A stretch of DNA of 64,000 nucleotides from the human T2T-CHM13v2.0 reference genome, Homo sapiens: assembly GCF_009914755.1 (NCBI RefSeq), contig NC_060930.1. The stretch is one strand, 5' to 3'. This document shows, piece by piece, positions 59,941 to 64,000 of the stretch; positions within the stretch are counted from its first letter, which is position 1, and every line of letters begins with the position of its first letter. The notes below the pieces were generated by a model. That model had not been told where the DNA came from, did not search any database, and worked only from the letters and a program-made list of their open reading frames with translations. Position numbers and translations under genes: made by a program.

Positions 59941-61296
59941 TCTCATGTCCTGTCACTTACTGGATCTTTGCCTTTAAAAAGTGTTGGAAGTGCATTGTCT
60001 TTAGTATAGCAGAACGTCCTTGCAGCCTTTCTATTGAGACATGCTAGGTTTTACAAGTCTGTGTATCAGCTGCAGTTTTTATCTTTCAAGCAACGTAGGA
60101 TTAGCCTCTGTTCAACTTGATTCTCTCATATTTTACCCATCTCGAAGGGATTTTTTGTTTGTTTGTTTTTAATGTTTGGTTTCAGAGACATGTAAAAAGT
60201 CACTGGCCAAAAAATTTGGAAACATCTTTTGCGAAGATGTCCATAATTATTTCACTGATTGTCAGAATCAGTTTTTTCAAAAACGTTGAGCCACCCTCTG
60301 CTTCTCAATAGTTTGCAATTTGCTTTTTTTCAGTCTTTCGTTAATTTGATGCTCAGCAGTTTATCTTCATTACTTTTTAAAACAAATAGGAACTACCTAC
60401 CACCCTCCCCTTCCCAGAAATAACAAAGGTCTTACTGGCCAACCTTCAGTTCTAAGAGAATGTTATTGGAATTTTTTGGTAATTCTATTTAGTTCTTGTT
60501 TTTAGTTTGTTGAATTGTTTTGGATAAGTCATTTGCTTCCCCAGTTAATTCCTATTTAATTACACATATTCCTCTCTTCCTTCTAATTCTTTTTTTATAT
60601 AACAGTGTTCCCTTCTGGTGTAAGTTCCACATCCTCTACCTTTAATGACAAAGGCCTTGGGGTCATGGCTTAACCATACAATAGCTGTTTTGATCGTGCC
60701 TGTCCTTTTCTTTGTTTTTGGTTAGAGTAGAGTGATAAAGTAACAACTTAAACAAAGATTTTTTGTTGATTTTATGCTGAATGACTGAGTTGCCCCTCCC
60801 TCCATACTTTGATTTGTTAATTTCATAGAGTCCTGAAATTTCCCTCTAATTACACTCTATATTGATCATAAAACCAGTAGTATTTCAGTGGGAGGTAGTA
60901 AAATGTCAGTGTGATTTTAAAAAAATTTATGAGAAAGCCTCAAGTATTTGTCTTTAAAATAGATATGTTCCATGTGCATGTTGTCTGTATTTTAGAAGAA
61001 CATAAACTCTGTACGTTTGTTTAATTACTGATTTCTCAGTTTTCTCTGCATATCTGGATAAATGTAATTTAAGGAGCAGTAATTTACTCAATTTAAAATA
61101 TTTTCAAATTAGATGGTGTGAGCAGTCACAGACACTATATGGTGCTTAAGAATACTGTTTATAATGTTTGTGAAAAAATTGATAAAAATTAAAGTAATTA
61201 AAAAATTTGATTTTATATTTTATGTTTAAAACAGTCATTAAATTTGTAATATCTCATTAAATTATTTACAGGGTATTTAACTGGAATTTTTCCCCA

Positions 61297-62268
<972 letters not shown>

Positions 62269-63820
62269 CTCATATTCATCTTTCTGTCAAGAATCAACTC
62301 ACTTCAAAGTAAATTCAATGTTTGCAAGAAGTTTCTCTGTAAATGTGATGGGATTTAATTTTTGAATCATGACAGTTTAGCATTTTTCCTCAAAAGTACC
62401 AACTTTACTGAAAAATAGAAGATATTTCATAGGGTAATACAAGATACTTTTTCAATATTTATCTCACTTTCCAGATACTTGGATATTTTCTATAGCAAAA
62501 ATGTGGTCATTGGTACCTCACGTATGGGAAAATTCTGTAGTCTAATCCCCACCCCCAGCCTCCAAAAAAAAAAGGATTCCTGCATTGAATTTTGTTTCAG
62601 TAACACATTTTACATAATAACTTATAATCATTGCCGTTTTATAGATCATTTATTAATAATATATTTACATATGAGTCTATGCTAGATCTTGCCTGAAAAC
62701 AAAGTATTAATAAACAATTGCTTTATGTGCCTACCCTCTAAAGGCATTTGGTTTCTAGATGATATGCAAACACTGGTTTCTCAAGTCATCTTTGGTATAT
62801 AATTGATACATTTATAAAGTAAAATATGTCAAAAGTTGATGACTTTATGGTATGTGAAAGTAATTTACTCACTTCCTGGTGAGAAGAATAGGAATGGGGT
62901 TGCATTATTCACCTGTGTTACCTTTGATGAGTACATTGAAGAGCTGTGAAGGGAATTCATTCATCTTTCCTTGGCTAGCAGGTTTGCTGCTGGTTCATGA
63001 AAGGGAAAGAAAAGGGAAGAAGCACATATAGGTGTCACAGTAAAAGGATCACTTCATAGAGTAATTTGTTTTAAGGAAAAGCTTTCTATATATTTCTTCT
63101 TCAACGCTCCCCCCTCAACCACAAATAGAGGTTCTTAACTTGAGAGTCTATTTATTTATTTATTGTCTTCAGAAGGGTCATAAATGCTCAGAAATTTTAT
63201 GTAAAATCAATTTTTATCTTATGAGTGGGCCCATAACATTTATTAAGTCTTTGGACCATTACCCAAAAAGGTTTAGAGCCACTGGTTTTAAAAGGCTTTT
63301 GTGTCTTGTGATGTAGAGACAATCAGATTCTGGTAATTATTTGGTTTTCATGGTAACTAAGATGTGGGATAGAACTCCGACTGTGTACTTTATTTAGTAT
63401 ACAGAGGAGGACACAAACATGAGAAGATTAAGGTAGAGAGTGAAATATGGTCAGGACAAATGTGAATTTAGAGCCTGAGTGATGGTTTAGTGGATTTATG
63501 TCCTCACTTGTCACTAATGAAAAGGACCTTACAGGTTATATAATTAAAGGTAGATACTAAATACTGAAACTAATACCAGTCATTCTATTCCATCTTCTGT
63601 GGTAGGCTTCACTTTCATAAGGGTGTGGGGGAGATACCTAACGATGTTTTCACCCCTAGTGAAATTAATTGATAATTTCCTATGGTGCTTTGTGGCTATA
63701 TTTCAAATGCAGTATTTTCTTACTGGCTCAGTAGGAAGAGGCTTGGAGTTAGATGATTTGGGTTTAATCTTTGCCCTGTAATAACTATAAGACTCTTGGA
63801 AAAGATACTTAATGGGTTAG

Positions 63821-64000
63821 TGTCTTAGTCTGTGCTGCTACAACAAAATACTGAGACTGGGTAATTTATAAATGACAGAAATTTATTGCTCACAATTCTG
63901 TAAGCTGAGAGTTCAGCATCAAGGCACCAGAAGATTCACTGTCTGGTGAGGGCCTGTTCCTCATGCATGGCACCTTCTATGCATCCTCACGTGACAGAAG
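63821..64000 (-). mobile_element. MST/MLT1A-type MaLR LTR (runs off the window)
   Basis: tgtcttagtctgtgctgctacaacaaaatactgagactgggtaatttataaa. Confidence 0.8.

Noticed and set aside
63380-63440. Possible small sense exon (tttatttag|TATAC...TTAAG|gtagag)
   Set aside because: Splice signals are weak; cannot be supported from sequence alone.

Overview
Primate (apparently human) genomic DNA, rich in repeats. One protein-coding gene is recognisable: coding exon 1 of RNF217 (RBR-type E3 ubiquitin ligase), ATG 42573 to donor CAG|GTAACT after 43454 (882 nt, 294 codons, phase 0). It lies in a CpG island (~41870-43560) and is followed by >20 kb of intron 1. From prior knowledge, the antisense lncRNA RNF217-AS1 (STL) overlaps this first exon, and a near-consensus minus-strand donor is visible inside the CDS. 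The rest is mostly Alu, L1, L2, MIR, MaLR/ERV1 LTRs and Tigger/hAT/mariner remnants, several with readable target-site duplications. Subfamily names were assigned by eye and boundaries of old repeats are approximate. I found no demonstrable new biological system. The best leads are: (1) a 249-codon open frame at the start of intron 1, reachable in frame from exon 1 by two acceptors; (2) an upstream ORF overlapping the RNF217 start; (3) an extra copy of an L1 ORF2 segment bracketed by 20-bp inverted repeats built from a 16-nt unit; (4) an RNF217 RING1 lacking the His ligand; (5) a recursive-splice-like site on the antisense strand; (6) a DR0/HOX/MEIS motif cluster in intron 1.
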